Virus record (IMG/VR): IMGVR_UViG_3300033149_004104
Span: 62,001-126,000 of that record
DNA: 64,000 nt
Origin: an uncultured virus (IMG/VR IMGVR_UViG_3300033149_004104)
Lineage: Duplodnaviria; Heunggongvirae; Uroviricota; Caudoviricetes
Direction: 5' to 3' (one strand)
Part shown: positions 1 through 11,300 of the stretch, one piece after another
How positions within the stretch are numbered: position 1 is the first letter of the stretch
Layout of the letters: every line of letters starts with the position of its first letter
Made by a program: the position numbers and the translations under genes
Notes under the pieces: generated by a model
Told to the model about the DNA's origin: nothing
Seen by the model: the letters and a program-made list of their open reading frames with translations, nothing else
Database searches by the model: none

Positions 1-609
1 GCTTTATTTTCATCTCCATCTACTAAAACAGCAAAAATAATTAGTTCATTAGGCGCAATTATAGCTAGAAAATTTGGAGAAGAAAGGGGAGTGTCAACTC
101 AATTAAAACAATTTGGAATTCAAACTTGGGACTCCACTGATCCTATATCTTTAAATTTAACTTTTTCTTTTTTTAGAGGATTAAGAGGGCTTTATGATGC
201 TAAGAAGGAAGTATACGACCCGATTATGACTTTATGTGAGTTGCCCTTGCCTTCCTTGGGTGTCTTAGATAGTGTATTAACCGCTCCTGGTCCAACTGGT
301 GCAGAAGCAGTAGAAGAGGTGGCTTCTTTATTGAGTGAAGAGGCTAAGGCAGCGTTATCCGACCTTACAAATTATTATTCTATAAGAATAGGAAATATAA
401 TCTCGATTTCAGGAATAGTTATACTTAAAGCAGAGCCCACTTTTACAAGCGAATGTGATGAAAGGGGATATCCCATTTGGGGGCAGATAAACTTAGATAT
501 AAATTCAATAGAAACCGCTACTGTAGATTTATTAAGAGAAGGCGCTTCTCCTGTAGATAAGATCTCTCCCGAACCAAAGTATACGCCTCCGCCTTTAAGC
601 GGGCCTTAA
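1..609 (+). CDS. Tail/baseplate-region structural protein, probably 5'-truncated by the window edge
   Basis: Frame is open from base 1 to TAA at 609; lies directly upstream of baseplate genes. Function inferred from position only. Confidence 0.45.
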   Translation, partial: ALFSSPSTKTAKIISSLGAIIARKFGEERGVSTQLKQFGIQTWDSTDPISLNLTFSFFRGLRGLYDAKKEVYDPIMTLCELPLPSLGVLDSVLTAPGPTGAEAVEEVASLLSEEAKAALSDLTNYYSIRIGNIISISGIVILKAEPTFTSECDERGYPIWGQINLDINSIETATVDLLREGASPVDKISPEPKYTPPPLSGP

Positions 610-633
610 TCTTTAGAGGAGGGCAATTTAGTA

Positions 634-945
634 ATGTTAACACGTTATTCCTTTATGAAAAGCTCAAATACTTTAGCTTCGGATGGTACTTATTATCCCG
701 ATCCCTTAACTTTCTCTACTCAAAAATTTAGATTTACTGAATACGGTGTAGATTATTCTTTAATTGATATTGATATATCCAGATTTGATATATTAATAAG
801 CAAAGTTTATAATAATCAAAGATACAAAGATTTAATACTCGATATTAATAATATCGATTATATTTGGAATCAAGAAATAGGACGAACAATAATTTTTCCT
901 ACTAAATCTGATTTAGAAAGGTTTATCGAAGATTTTATAGAATAA
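634..945 (+). CDS. Small baseplate protein (T4 gp53/LysM-like)
   Basis: 103 aa; RFDILISKVY...LILDINNI...IGRTIIFP pattern typical of gp53/LysM-like proteins; SD GAGGAGG upstream. Confidence 0.55.
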   Translation: MLTRYSFMKSSNTLASDGTYYPDPLTFSTQKFRFTEYGVDYSLIDIDISRFDILISKVYNNQRYKDLILDINNIDYIWNQEIGRTIIFPTKSDLERFIEDFIE

Positions 946-2129
946 TGAAATACTACGGATATAATATAAAATTAAAAATTAATAAGAGCGTTGATCTCGA
1001 TGATCCTAGTCTTTACTCTTTTTCTCTTACAGATAGTATCTTCAACTTACTTAATTTCGGCACTATATCGTTCTATGATATAGGCGGACATTTTAGAGAA
1101 TTTCTAATATTGGAAAACGGCAATGAAGTAAATGTAACTTTTGGTAGAGGGGAGACAATTAATAAATGTAATTATAATATAAAAAGTAACAGTATAGATA
1201 GAACAGAGAGTACAAATAGTATAACAGGAGAAATAAAAACAAAAGTAGAACATGCTTGGGGATCAGCAGATGAAAAAATAAAAAGCATTGCTTACGATGA
1301 TACGATATCTAATATAATTTTAAAACTTGCGAATAGCTATCAATTTAAAAATAAAGATATTACTACAACTCACGATAGAGATATTTGGTATCAACCTTTA
1401 TTAAATGATATTGATTTTATACAACAACAGTTATTGCCTAATGTGTATTCAACTTCAAGTAGCGATACTCCTTTATTTTGTTATACCACATACGATAACA
1501 ATATTCACCTTATTAGCGCAAAAGAAATGTTTGACAAAAAACCAGTAAAAGAATTGTTTTTTACTCCTGCATCTTATAAAGAATTTGAAAGCATGATATT
1601 TGTTTTAAAACACTGGACTGTTAATTCTGATGATTATGATAATTTGTTGAATCAAACCATTACTTATATAGATAAAGAGAGCGGTAGTATAATAGAAAAA
1701 ACAGATAAATTTAAAGATCATTTAATAAATAAAAGCGGTAAGTTATTTCACATAGGAGATGATAATCAAGCTAAAGGATACGAAAAATTCTTATATAAAG
1801 AAAAAGGGCAAAGAGAAAATATCTATAAAGGACAAATTATTAATAAATTAAAAAAGAATTATTTTATAAATGAGTTGATGATTACCTGCCCCTATGATCC
1901 TAATTTAAAAGCAGGAGAAACGATAAAGTTAAATATTTTTTTATCTGGGGAGGGAAAGAATCCTGTAAGATCAAAAAGACTCAGTGGAAAATATATAATT
2001 GAAGCTAGCGAACAGATATGGAGTGCACAATTAAAGAAAGCTTTTTCTAAATTGCTTATTGGAGTACCCTCTAGCGGTACCGATCCTAATATTCCTAGTG
2101 ATTATAGATATAAAGAACTTTTGGTATAA
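945..2129 (+). CDS. Baseplate hub/tail protein (gp27/gp44-like)
   Basis: 394 aa between the gp53-like and spike genes; C-terminal LKAGETIKL...LSGKYIIE motif typical of hub proteins. Confidence 0.55.
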   Translation: MKYYGYNIKLKINKSVDLDDPSLYSFSLTDSIFNLLNFGTISFYDIGGHFREFLILENGNEVNVTFGRGETINKCNYNIKSNSIDRTESTNSITGEIKTKVEHAWGSADEKIKSIAYDDTISNIILKLANSYQFKNKDITTTHDRDIWYQPLLNDIDFIQQQLLPNVYSTSSSDTPLFCYTTYDNNIHLISAKEMFDKKPVKELFFTPASYKEFESMIFVLKHWTVNSDDYDNLLNQTITYIDKESGSIIEKTDKFKDHLINKSGKLFHIGDDNQAKGYEKFLYKEKGQRENIYKGQIINKLKKNYFINELMITCPYDPNLKAGETIKLNIFLSGEGKNPVRSKRLSGKYIIEASEQIWSAQLKKAFSKLLIGVPSSGTDPNIPSDYRYKELLV

Positions 2130-2133
2130 AACT

Positions 2134-2925
2134 ATGTACAATATAAGATTATACTACGGAAAAGTAGAAGAGAATAACGACCCTGATAAAGAATCAAAAA
2201 TACAGGTACGATTATTACCTGAGATGAAAGATGTAGCAAAGTCTGATTTGCCCTGGGTACGTCCTTTTCTAGTAGAGAATATGACGGAGGAGGCAACATC
2301 TCATTGTCCTTTAGAAGAAGGTAGTACAGTTTGGGTATTCTTTTTAGACGAGTACTTTAAATATGGCTTTTACATTAAAGCAACTTTTTTAGATGATTTA
2401 TTTGATTATGACTCTGTAAAAAGCGATATTGATTCTATAAGTGATTTAGACTCTCAATCCTATCCTCAACCGAAGTTTACAAGATATAAAGACGGAACTA
2501 TAGTATTTCACAATTCTGAGACAGGGGAGACAGGAATTTATCATAAAAGCGGTTCTTATAATGTAATCGATAAAGATGGAAATGTTTTTTCTTATTCAAC
2601 CGGAGATATTAAAATTTATAATGATAATGGCTCAATCACAATAGATTCTAACGGGGAGATAGAATTAAATAATTCAAATACTTCTACCTTTACTGTTAAG
2701 AATGGAAGTTTTGAATTTGATGGCAATGCAAAAAGTTTAGTTAAATATGAAGATTTAATTACCGCATTGGATTCAATGTTTACTCAAATTCAGACCATGG
2801 TAATGATTGATCCTCTTACAGGAGTTGCAGGGCCACCTCAAGCTCCTTTTAATCAAATGAAAACCACTATTTGGGATGCTATCAAAACTAATGCTAAATC
2901 AACTACAATAAAAACTCAATCATAG
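2134..2925 (+). CDS. Baseplate central spike (gp5/gpV-like, OB-fold)
   Basis: YYGKVEENNDPDKESKIQVRL...LPWVRP...EGSTVWVFF is the gp5 N-terminal OB-fold signature, followed by beta-helix-like repeats. ATG 2134 preferred over the track start. Confidence 0.75.
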   Translation: MYNIRLYYGKVEENNDPDKESKIQVRLLPEMKDVAKSDLPWVRPFLVENMTEEATSHCPLEEGSTVWVFFLDEYFKYGFYIKATFLDDLFDYDSVKSDIDSISDLDSQSYPQPKFTRYKDGTIVFHNSETGETGIYHKSGSYNVIDKDGNVFSYSTGDIKIYNDNGSITIDSNGEIELNNSNTSTFTVKNGSFEFDGNAKSLVKYEDLITALDSMFTQIQTMVMIDPLTGVAGPPQAPFNQMKTTIWDAIKTNAKSTTIKTQS

Positions 2926-2933
2926 AAAATTTT

Positions 2934-2947
2934 ACTAATATATTATA
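2934..2947 (+). promoter_or_regulatory. ACTAATA motif, putative late promoter (other copies: 6691+, 17268+, 26709-, 32964-, 41181-, 43254-)
   Basis: Same 7-mer plus AT-rich tail sits in short intergenic gaps just upstream of genes, always in sense orientation. Confidence 0.55.
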
Positions 2948-3355
2948 ATGGCAATAAAAGACATTAAAGAAATAGATTATCCTCAAGTTTATGATCTAGA
3001 TTATAGGGGCGGGATAGACGCCCAAGGGTTTATAAGGGAAACTTGGGGCGATAGGGCTCTAGTAAATAGTCTTAAATTATGGATTTCTTCTTTTAAAGGG
3101 GATTTAATTAATAATCTCAATACGGGAGGAAGAGTTGTACAACATCTTCTAAAACCTATGCGTCAAGTGGATATACAAAATTTCAAGCAATCGATTCGTG
3201 ATGGCATAGCAATGGATTACGGCCCCACTTTAAAGATAAAGAAACTCGAAATAACACCCAATTATGAAGAAAGGGTGTTTGAAATTTATATGGAAGTTTA
3301 TTCAAAAGAATTAAAGTATGTTACAGGATTATATGAAAAAATAAAAGGAGTTTAA
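2948..3355 (+). CDS. Baseplate wedge protein, gp25-like
   Basis: 135 aa; ALVNSLKLWISSFKGD...GG...LLKPM pattern; located between spike and gp6-like gene. Confidence 0.65.
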   Translation: MAIKDIKEIDYPQVYDLDYRGGIDAQGFIRETWGDRALVNSLKLWISSFKGDLINNLNTGGRVVQHLLKPMRQVDIQNFKQSIRDGIAMDYGPTLKIKKLEITPNYEERVFEIYMEVYSKELKYVTGLYEKIKGV

Positions 3356-3359
3356 AAAA

Positions 3360-5255
3360 TTGGATTTTTCTTTTAATAGTATAAAAGATAGAATAATAAC
3401 AAGTTTAAGAAGTAAGTCCGAATGGGCAAATATACTTTATTTCTCCACCAATATGCGGCTTATTGAAGCAGTTGCAAAAGAGATTGAAGAGTTGGCTAGG
3501 TATGATGAATATTTAACTAGAGAAACAAAATGGGATTTAGCTAGAAACAAATCATCTTTAGTAACGCAAGCTGCAGTACTGGGATATAAACCTCATAGAA
3601 AAATAGGTGCTAGGCAAAAATTGTGGGTTAGTTCTAAAGAGAAAGCGTTTTCTCCTGAGTGGAATCAATATACGGTTTATGAAGCAGGAGATGTGGTACG
3701 CTATGGTGAACAAAATACACTGTATGAAGCGCTAGTAGATAATCAAGGAGTGGAACCTACTAACACTAATTACTGGAAAAAAACCACTGCCGTTCATTCT
3801 TCTGTTATAGGTATTCCTAAATACAGCATATTTAAAACAGAAAATGATATCTATTTTACATCAATGAGCTCGGTTGATTTGCTTACTACTGAGAACTATG
3901 CAGAAATTGATGTAGTACAGGGCATACCGAGAACATTTACAACTATTGCGCAAGGTTTAATTTATGAAGAAATAGAAATAGAAAATGATAGTATAGATAA
4001 CAGTTTCTATGAATTAAGAGTTAATAATGATCTTTGGACAGAATATAATGATATTAGACAGGCCGAAGCTGATGATAAAGCTTACCAAATATTAAATAAA
4101 TTAGATTTTACAGGAATTATTATTAGATTTGGAAATAATTTAACTGGGAAAAAATTAAGTGCAGGCGATACCATAACTTTTAAATATGTAGAAACTTTAG
4201 GGGAACTAGGTGATGCGTTATCTAAAGGTGTCGTAAATACTGTTGTCTCCACTCTAGTAGACAATAAGGGAGAAACTGTTGATGGATATTGTTATAACGA
4301 TGAAGTTATATCGGGCGGTAAGGATGTAGAGCATATAGAGGATATAAGAAGTAATGCAAAATATACGTTCCAGTCTGGTTATAATGTAGTAGGTAAAAAC
4401 GATTACAAAATATATCTATTAAATAATTTTGATTTTATACAAAAATGCGTTGTATGGGGAGCGTATGAACAGAACATTGATGATGGAAAAGACCCTTGGG
4501 ATTGGATCTCTACTCAAGAAAACCTTGTCTACATTTCAGCATTTACAACAGGAGAAACCCCTACTCAATTACAAAACAATCAAAAAGTGGAGATAATACA
4601 AGATATAAATGAAAAGAAGCCCCCTACTGATATTATTATTTTTAAAGATGTTGTATTCGTTAATATGATCTTTAACACAACAGCCTATTTATCAAGTACC
4701 ACCTATTTATTGTCAGAAACTAAAACACTCTTAGAGCAAGCTATCCAAGAGGAATACAATATTACAAATTTAGATTTTGAACAAAATATCTATGAAACAA
4801 ATTATAAAGCTTTTATCGATAATTTTGATGAAGTAAGGTATCATAATACAACTATACAATTTTATAATGTTGAAGACTTTACAAGTGGAGACTATAGTCA
4901 AGCAATTCCTTACGAAGCTAGCGCAACTGCTATTATGATTCCTGTAAAAACAAAATCGGTATACGTTTATATTAAAGACACTTCGGATGAAGATGCTACA
5001 TACGTTCATATAGGAACAGATAATGGTGGAGGGGGATTTAATCCAACAGAAGGATATGATTTAAGTGGAAGTACTATTAACTATAATACAGGAGCAATTC
5101 AAATAAAAGAGTCTTCAGGAATGAGTGGAGATTATTCTAAATATGAAATGAAAGTGGTATATAGCACATCGGAAGATGATTTAATTTTACAGGGCAGAAA
5201 TCATATTTTCTATTTAAGAGAAGTTAATGTTGAAACTCTTTATCTTACCGAATAG
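3360..5255 (+). CDS. Baseplate wedge subunit, gp6/baseplate J-like, with an inserted CBM5/12-like module
   Basis: DFSFNSIK, AAVLGYKP, IRFGNNLTGKK, GGKDVEHIEDIR and VVGKNDYK are gp6 hallmarks; TTG start. Confidence 0.8.
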   Translation: MDFSFNSIKDRIITSLRSKSEWANILYFSTNMRLIEAVAKEIEELARYDEYLTRETKWDLARNKSSLVTQAAVLGYKPHRKIGARQKLWVSSKEKAFSPEWNQYTVYEAGDVVRYGEQNTLYEALVDNQGVEPTNTNYWKKTTAVHSSVIGIPKYSIFKTENDIYFTSMSSVDLLTTENYAEIDVVQGIPRTFTTIAQGLIYEEIEIENDSIDNSFYELRVNNDLWTEYNDIRQAEADDKAYQILNKLDFTGIIIRFGNNLTGKKLSAGDTITFKYVETLGELGDALSKGVVNTVVSTLVDNKGETVDGYCYNDEVISGGKDVEHIEDIRSNAKYTFQSGYNVVGKNDYKIYLLNNFDFIQKCVVWGAYEQNIDDGKDPWDWISTQENLVYISAFTTGETPTQLQNNQKVEIIQDINEKKPPTDIIIFKDVVFVNMIFNTTAYLSSTTYLLSETKTLLEQAIQEEYNITNLDFEQNIYETNYKAFIDNFDEVRYHNTTIQFYNVEDFTSGDYSQAIPYEASATAIMIPVKTKSVYVYIKDTSDEDATYVHIGTDNGGGGFNPTEGYDLSGSTINYNTGAIQIKESSGMSGDYSKYEMKVVYSTSEDDLILQGRNHIFYLREVNVETLYLTE

Positions 5256-5266
5256 GGGCGTGATGA

Positions 5267-6682
5267 ATGGACATAACTAAGAATTTGCCTAAAATAATGA
5301 GAGGGAATTCCTTTTGGACTCAATTTGTTGAGAGCATTAAAGATGAACTTCTTAATATTCAAGCAGAAATAGAAAAGAAGAAAAATTTTTATAATGTCAA
5401 AGAAATTGATTCAATAGAAGAATTAACTGATATAAATAAGTCCTTAGGTACAGAAGTTGATTTAACTCTTTTTGAAAACAAAACCACAGAAGAACAAATT
5501 AACTATATGAAGCAGGAGACCGAAGGAATTACTTATAAGATAAGAACAAAAGGTGTGTATGATTATTTTCAATATGTATTTAATAGAATTTACGAAAGAG
5601 GCAATCTATATATCGCTTATGTAACCGATACCGATTATATCTTTAAAGCGATTGATTATAAAAGAACTTTAAGAGAAGTAAAAAATCATGATTTTTCTAC
5701 ACCTTTTGTAAAAACTTATAATGTGTTTCCTTTCTTTGACTTAACAGTAGATATACAAGGACTAGATGATATCCCGGTAAAACATTTAGATGAAGACCCG
5801 ACATGGTATTTAGACTCTGATTTATTTGAGTCTACAATTAAAATTACCAATCATATTATGGTTGAATTTATATTAGATGAAATAGTATCACAATTTGATA
5901 ATAGCATAAGTGGTAATTTCTTAATTACAGAAGAATATTTTAGATATTTAGAACGGGCTACAGAATACGGAAGAAGAGTAAGCGATATTCCTCATATAGG
6001 GGGGCAATTAACATTATTAACAGATATGAGCGGGGATTATAATGTTATATATGACATTGAAGCATACTGTAGAACTACAGAATATTTAAATGATGAAGAA
6101 GATTTTATTTATCTATTAGCCGGAAATGATAATGATGGGTTTTTTTATAAAAAAGAAATTAATTTTAATGAACGATATACAGATTCTAAAACAAATCCCA
6201 CATATTTTATGATGCAATCTTATATTCCAGCTAGGGAAATATATCCGGATATAATAGCACAAGGAGATGGAGTTAATACCACTTTTGATAGCAATACTTA
6301 CGGATTATTAGAGCATCCTGAGATAGTTCCTAATACTTTTAAAGTGCTCTATGTGCATAATGCAACTAATTATGAAGGGTACGATGATGGGAATGGTAAT
6401 ATAACAAGTGATGATGGAAGTACACACGGTTCAATCACCTATGCTACGGGAGCTTATACTATAATAACCTATGACGATGGGGAGGAGATAAGTTATGCCC
6501 CTGATGATGGAACTAATATCGAAACAAGATATAAAACTAAAAAAGATTTAAAAATTTCTAAGATAAGAGTATTAAATAGCGATGAAAATGCAGTAATAGA
6601 AGGAAATTTTCCATTAGTTCAATTTTATAATGAAAATAATTATTTAAGCATACAATGTATTGTTTATAACAGCGAGAGTTAG
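5267..6682 (+). CDS. Baseplate wedge protein (gp7/gpI-like)
   Basis: 471 aa after gp6-like gene; NLPKIMR...YKIRTKG N-terminal pattern. Confidence 0.5.
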   Translation: MDITKNLPKIMRGNSFWTQFVESIKDELLNIQAEIEKKKNFYNVKEIDSIEELTDINKSLGTEVDLTLFENKTTEEQINYMKQETEGITYKIRTKGVYDYFQYVFNRIYERGNLYIAYVTDTDYIFKAIDYKRTLREVKNHDFSTPFVKTYNVFPFFDLTVDIQGLDDIPVKHLDEDPTWYLDSDLFESTIKITNHIMVEFILDEIVSQFDNSISGNFLITEEYFRYLERATEYGRRVSDIPHIGGQLTLLTDMSGDYNVIYDIEAYCRTTEYLNDEEDFIYLLAGNDNDGFFYKKEINFNERYTDSKTNPTYFMMQSYIPAREIYPDIIAQGDGVNTTFDSNTYGLLEHPEIVPNTFKVLYVHNATNYEGYDDGNGNITSDDGSTHGSITYATGAYTIITYDDGEEISYAPDDGTNIETRYKTKKDLKISKIRVLNSDENAVIEGNFPLVQFYNENNYLSIQCIVYNSES

Positions 6683-6726
6683 GATAACATACTAATATTA
6701 TATAATATACAAAGGGAGAAAATTTA

Positions 6727-8337
6727 ATGAGTAGAAATATAACAGATTTTGGAACTCAAAAAATCTATTTTGATTATGCTGCTCCGGCAATATCGGAAGA
6801 ATTTAATAATATAATGCATAAAGTAGTGAGAAGCGGTTTATATAGAGGGGGTAGTTTATCAGTTGAGTCAACATCACAAGTTAGAATATCCCCAATGGTT
6901 GTATTTATAGAGAATTCTAATAAATCTAGTGCTGATTTATCAGTACGAATTGAAACCACTGAAGATATAGTTCTAAATATAGACGAAACCGACCCATTTG
7001 TGATTTGTCATTATGAATGGTATAACGATCCTGTCTCTTACATGGAAGTTAAAACAGTAGCAGGAGGTTTAATAGGAGAGTACGATTTAATACTGGGAAG
7101 TGGGGTTTTTACTAACGGGGATTTAACTGGATTTGATACAACCGAAAGAGATTATATATCTTGGGATGCTGATACCACTAGATTAGGAGAGTCAGCTACG
7201 ATAGTAAGTTCCCCATCCGGAGGAACTCAAACTAATTTAAGCGGGGAAACTGATATAGTAACTGCAATACAAGAAGTGTTCAACAGATTGATTGATTTAA
7301 GTGGAGTAGAAGACGATGCGGTTAAGAATCGACATATTGATTTTGGCACTTCAGCAACTCAAATAAACAGTAATGATATTCCTATAGGAAAAAATATAAC
7401 CACCGGCGGTACAATAGATAGTGTTACACAATCCGATATTACTTCCAATGTTATTGAAATACTGTTTGATGCTTTAGCTGATTTAAGTGGAGCAGATGAC
7501 AATTCTGTAAAAGAACGACATGTTGATTTTGGTACAGGACAAAATCAAATTGACGGGGATTTACTTCCTCTAGGAACCGCAATATCTAAAGTAATTTCAG
7601 AAGCTACTAATGTAGATTTTGCTAACAGTAAAAAAATAAGAGAAGCCCTGAAAGACACTATAGATAGAATTGCTCAAGTATCAGATCAAGTAACTACGAA
7701 TAAAAACAGCATAAGTTCTTTACAGACAGATGTAAATACAAATAGCGATAGAATAGATAAGACCTATGGAATTCCTGTAGGAACTATAATGATGTTTGAC
7801 GGAAGTAATTGGCAAGATGATGTTACTCTGCCTGGATGGTATGCTTGTGTAGCCGCAAATAGTGTACACGGAGCTCCTGATTTAGAAGATAAATTTATAA
7901 GAGGAGGCAGTAAAGGAACTAAAGGAGTTGACTATGGAGTAACAGGAGGTAGTGATACTGCTACTTTAAATAGTAATAATCTACCTCCTCATACTCATAG
8001 TATTAGTTTATCTCACAATGCAAGTATAGGAGCTACAGCTCCCAGTCACAGTCATGGAATGGCACATACGCATAAATATACGAGATTTACCGTTGATTAT
8101 CATCGTACTACTGTTGTTACAGAAAATATTAACAAGTTATGGGCAGGCCGGTCTGAGGTAAATACAGGCGGTTCAAGTAGTGCAAATACAGGTGTTTCTG
8201 CACCATCGCATAGCCATTCTATTTCTATTAGCAATCATTCTGGTAATACAGGGAACGGGGGGTTTGCTAATTCAGCATTTAGCATCGTTCCCCAATATTA
8301 TTCTGTTATCTATATAAGAAAGTGTTATCAAAGGTAA
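6727..8337 (+). CDS. Tail fibre with collar domain and His-rich tip
   Basis: IPVGTIMMF...PGWYAC...PDLEDKFIRG collar motif; NLPPHTH/HSH/HTH metal-binding motifs; terminal PQYYSVIYIRK; internal DLSGxxDxxVKxRHxDFGT repeat. Confidence 0.8.
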   Translation: MSRNITDFGTQKIYFDYAAPAISEEFNNIMHKVVRSGLYRGGSLSVESTSQVRISPMVVFIENSNKSSADLSVRIETTEDIVLNIDETDPFVICHYEWYNDPVSYMEVKTVAGGLIGEYDLILGSGVFTNGDLTGFDTTERDYISWDADTTRLGESATIVSSPSGGTQTNLSGETDIVTAIQEVFNRLIDLSGVEDDAVKNRHIDFGTSATQINSNDIPIGKNITTGGTIDSVTQSDITSNVIEILFDALADLSGADDNSVKERHVDFGTGQNQIDGDLLPLGTAISKVISEATNVDFANSKKIREALKDTIDRIAQVSDQVTTNKNSISSLQTDVNTNSDRIDKTYGIPVGTIMMFDGSNWQDDVTLPGWYACVAANSVHGAPDLEDKFIRGGSKGTKGVDYGVTGGSDTATLNSNNLPPHTHSISLSHNASIGATAPSHSHGMAHTHKYTRFTVDYHRTTVVTENINKLWAGRSEVNTGGSSSANTGVSAPSHSHSISISNHSGNTGNGGFANSAFSIVPQYYSVIYIRKCYQR

Positions 8338-8340
8338 GGT

Positions 8341-11300
8341 ATGGGTACTGAGCAGTTTGATGATATAGTTGGGAAAAAGATAAAATCTAATCTTGAAATA
8401 ACCACTGAGGAAAAATATCCCGGTAATCCCGAGTACGCTAACAATGTAGATGGAGATTATACTAATGCAATTGGTGATGCGGTTGAAGCGTATGTCAATG
8501 GAGAAGAAACTCAACCACCCGATATTCCTCAATGGGATTCCCCAGCTTACGACTTAGAAATAATAGAAGATGGAACGGGTCTAAAAAAACCTAAAATTAC
8601 ACTTCACTGGATTGATACATCTTCTGATATATTAACAGAAAATTTTCTTATTTATAAGACAGATAACTCGGGTGGAACTTTTGGTACTTTAACCTTATAT
8701 GATAAAATACCAGCGGATGAAACTGATTACGTAGATGAAAAATTATCTTTTAATACAGGATACCGTTATGCAATAAGAGCGGAAGATAGATTTCTAAATC
8801 GTTCTGATTTAACAGATTATCAGGAGATTACAACTCCTACGGTTCCTGAACCATCTCGACCTACTGATAAAATCGTAACAGGTGCCGGGGTAAAACAAAT
8901 CGGTTTAAAATTTCAAGGATCGCCATCTTTTGAAGATATTTTATATTACCAAGTTGAATCAAGAAGTGCTACGGCAGATCCAGATGGATACGGTGGTTAT
9001 GAGGTACCTGCATCTCCTTCTTGGGGAGATTGGGAAGTAATAAATCAATCTCTTTCTACTCGAATAATACATGAAAATTTAGACTATACTAAATGTTATC
9101 AGTATAGATACCGCTCGGTAAATTCTTACGGAGTATCAGGGAGTGCAAATAGCGAAGAAGGACATAGTGAGCTATTATCAGATATAGTTATCCCGCTAAA
9201 AGTAAAAAGAGATGACTTAGATTGGGATATCCAGGATCAAATAGATGGTAAATTAGATTATTATATAACACATTCTTCACAAGACCCTAAATATCATCCT
9301 GTTTACGGTTGGCCTGATACAAGTAAAGACGATTTAGATCATCATAGGGATATTTGGTATCAAATCGATACTGGGCTAAAAAAAGTTTTTAATGGTTATA
9401 CTGGACTATGGGAAAATCAACCAAATATAACTAAATTAACTATTGCCGATGATAATGTCCTTACTCCTTCCGAGAAATTAATATTAAAGAAAGAATGGAA
9501 TACGATAGCTAAAGAAAAAATAGTATTACTTACTCAATTTGGTTTAAAAGAAGGAGAAATCGGTGGTGTTGAAACCGAGAAATATAACTACATAAGCGCT
9601 TATAATACACTAGATAGTTATCTAAATAATATAATAGATGGAATTCTTAAAGAATCAAACTACTTACAAGTAATAGAAGATATTGCAGGAGCTACGGCCA
9701 GAGATGATGGGTTTATCTTTTTATTCTTTCAAGATTCTACTCCTACAGCAAATGGAGCAGGAGATTTATGGATAAATACCGAAGATGAGTTAGATATTCT
9801 TTATAAATGGAACGGCTCAAATTGGATAGAACAGACAGGTGTTTCAGAAGAGGATAGATTAAAAATAGTTTCATTAAAACAAACAACGGGTAGTGATGAT
9901 GAGATTGTAATTTATTTTCAAGATTCAGAGCCTAGTATTCCCGCATCCGATGAAGATGACCTGTGGGTAGATACTGACGGTGGAGATTATCTCTACAGAC
10001 ATACTTCTGGAGGAACATGGGAGATAGTCGAATCTGCTATTCTAGACATAAACGGTGAAGAGCTAAGAGGAAAGTTTAGAGATTATTATGATGCAAAACA
10101 AGAATTAGTCAAAGCGATATCTGACGTATCCGCTGATGATATGAGAACAAGATTTGTAAATAATACCTATATGATCGATATCGAAAATGATAAAATAGAC
10201 AGTACAACATACTTTGTAGATTTCATAAATAATGTTACTAGAACCTCTATTAAAGTCTATTCAGTAAAGGACGAGGATAAAAACAATTTAACTGGCCTCC
10301 AAGCAGATGATTTACTAGTTGCTACAGATACATTTAAAGAGTATCGATACAATGGAGCGTCTTGGGAAGAGTTAACAGAGACTAATACTGATTTTTTGCG
10401 AGCATTTATTGATGCTGATCATTTGAGAACAATTTACATTCCTGCCTCTGATGCTGACTTACCAAGCTTTTATCAGGCTAGAGACTTACTTATCCCCACA
10501 GCTACATTTTCTAATAATGATGGTTCTACTACTAAAGAATTTCAAAAAAATTCTGTATATATTACCACAGTAAATGAAATTAGCGCATTTAATAACGCCC
10601 ACTGGGGATTAAGTATAAAATATACCGATGATACGCTAGCCAAGTATAAAACATCGGTATTTGATTCTCCACCTAATTGTGAATATAATGCGGGGGAAGA
10701 ACGATGGGAAGTTAATACAAGTCTAGGCGATAGTTATGTAAGTGAAGATATATTTGTGCCAGGGCAGGAATATGTAATTTTTGATGGGAGTACAACAAAA
10801 ACATTTGATAAGGGAGAGGTTTATGTAGCTAGCATAGCGGATGAGGAGGCGCATAGAAGAGATGGCTATCCGTTTGTAAATACTCATTGGGAAAGAAAAT
10901 TAAGATTCAGTCAAGAACTGGATGATATAACAGAAGATAATAAATTAAGTCCTACTGAAAAGCTAGCTACAAAGAAAGAGTGGGAGATAATTAGAAAAGA
11001 GTATCCTTCGATAATAGAAGAAGCTGTAGAGCAGGGGGTAAATACTTTTAGTTTTAAATCGGCTTACGACGAATTAGATGATTACCTGAATAATGAAAGT
11101 ACAGGATTATTAAATGATACGAGCACTACTTCTGATATCGTAGGCGATACTTTTAGATCCAAGTTCAGTAATTATTACGATGAAAAAGCTAAAATTCTTA
11201 GATCGATAGCGTATATGGCGTCTCAAGACGCTTACAGTGGAACTGATTATATAACAAAAAGAGAACATGTGGGGGAGGCGGTAGATGATGATACAGAATT

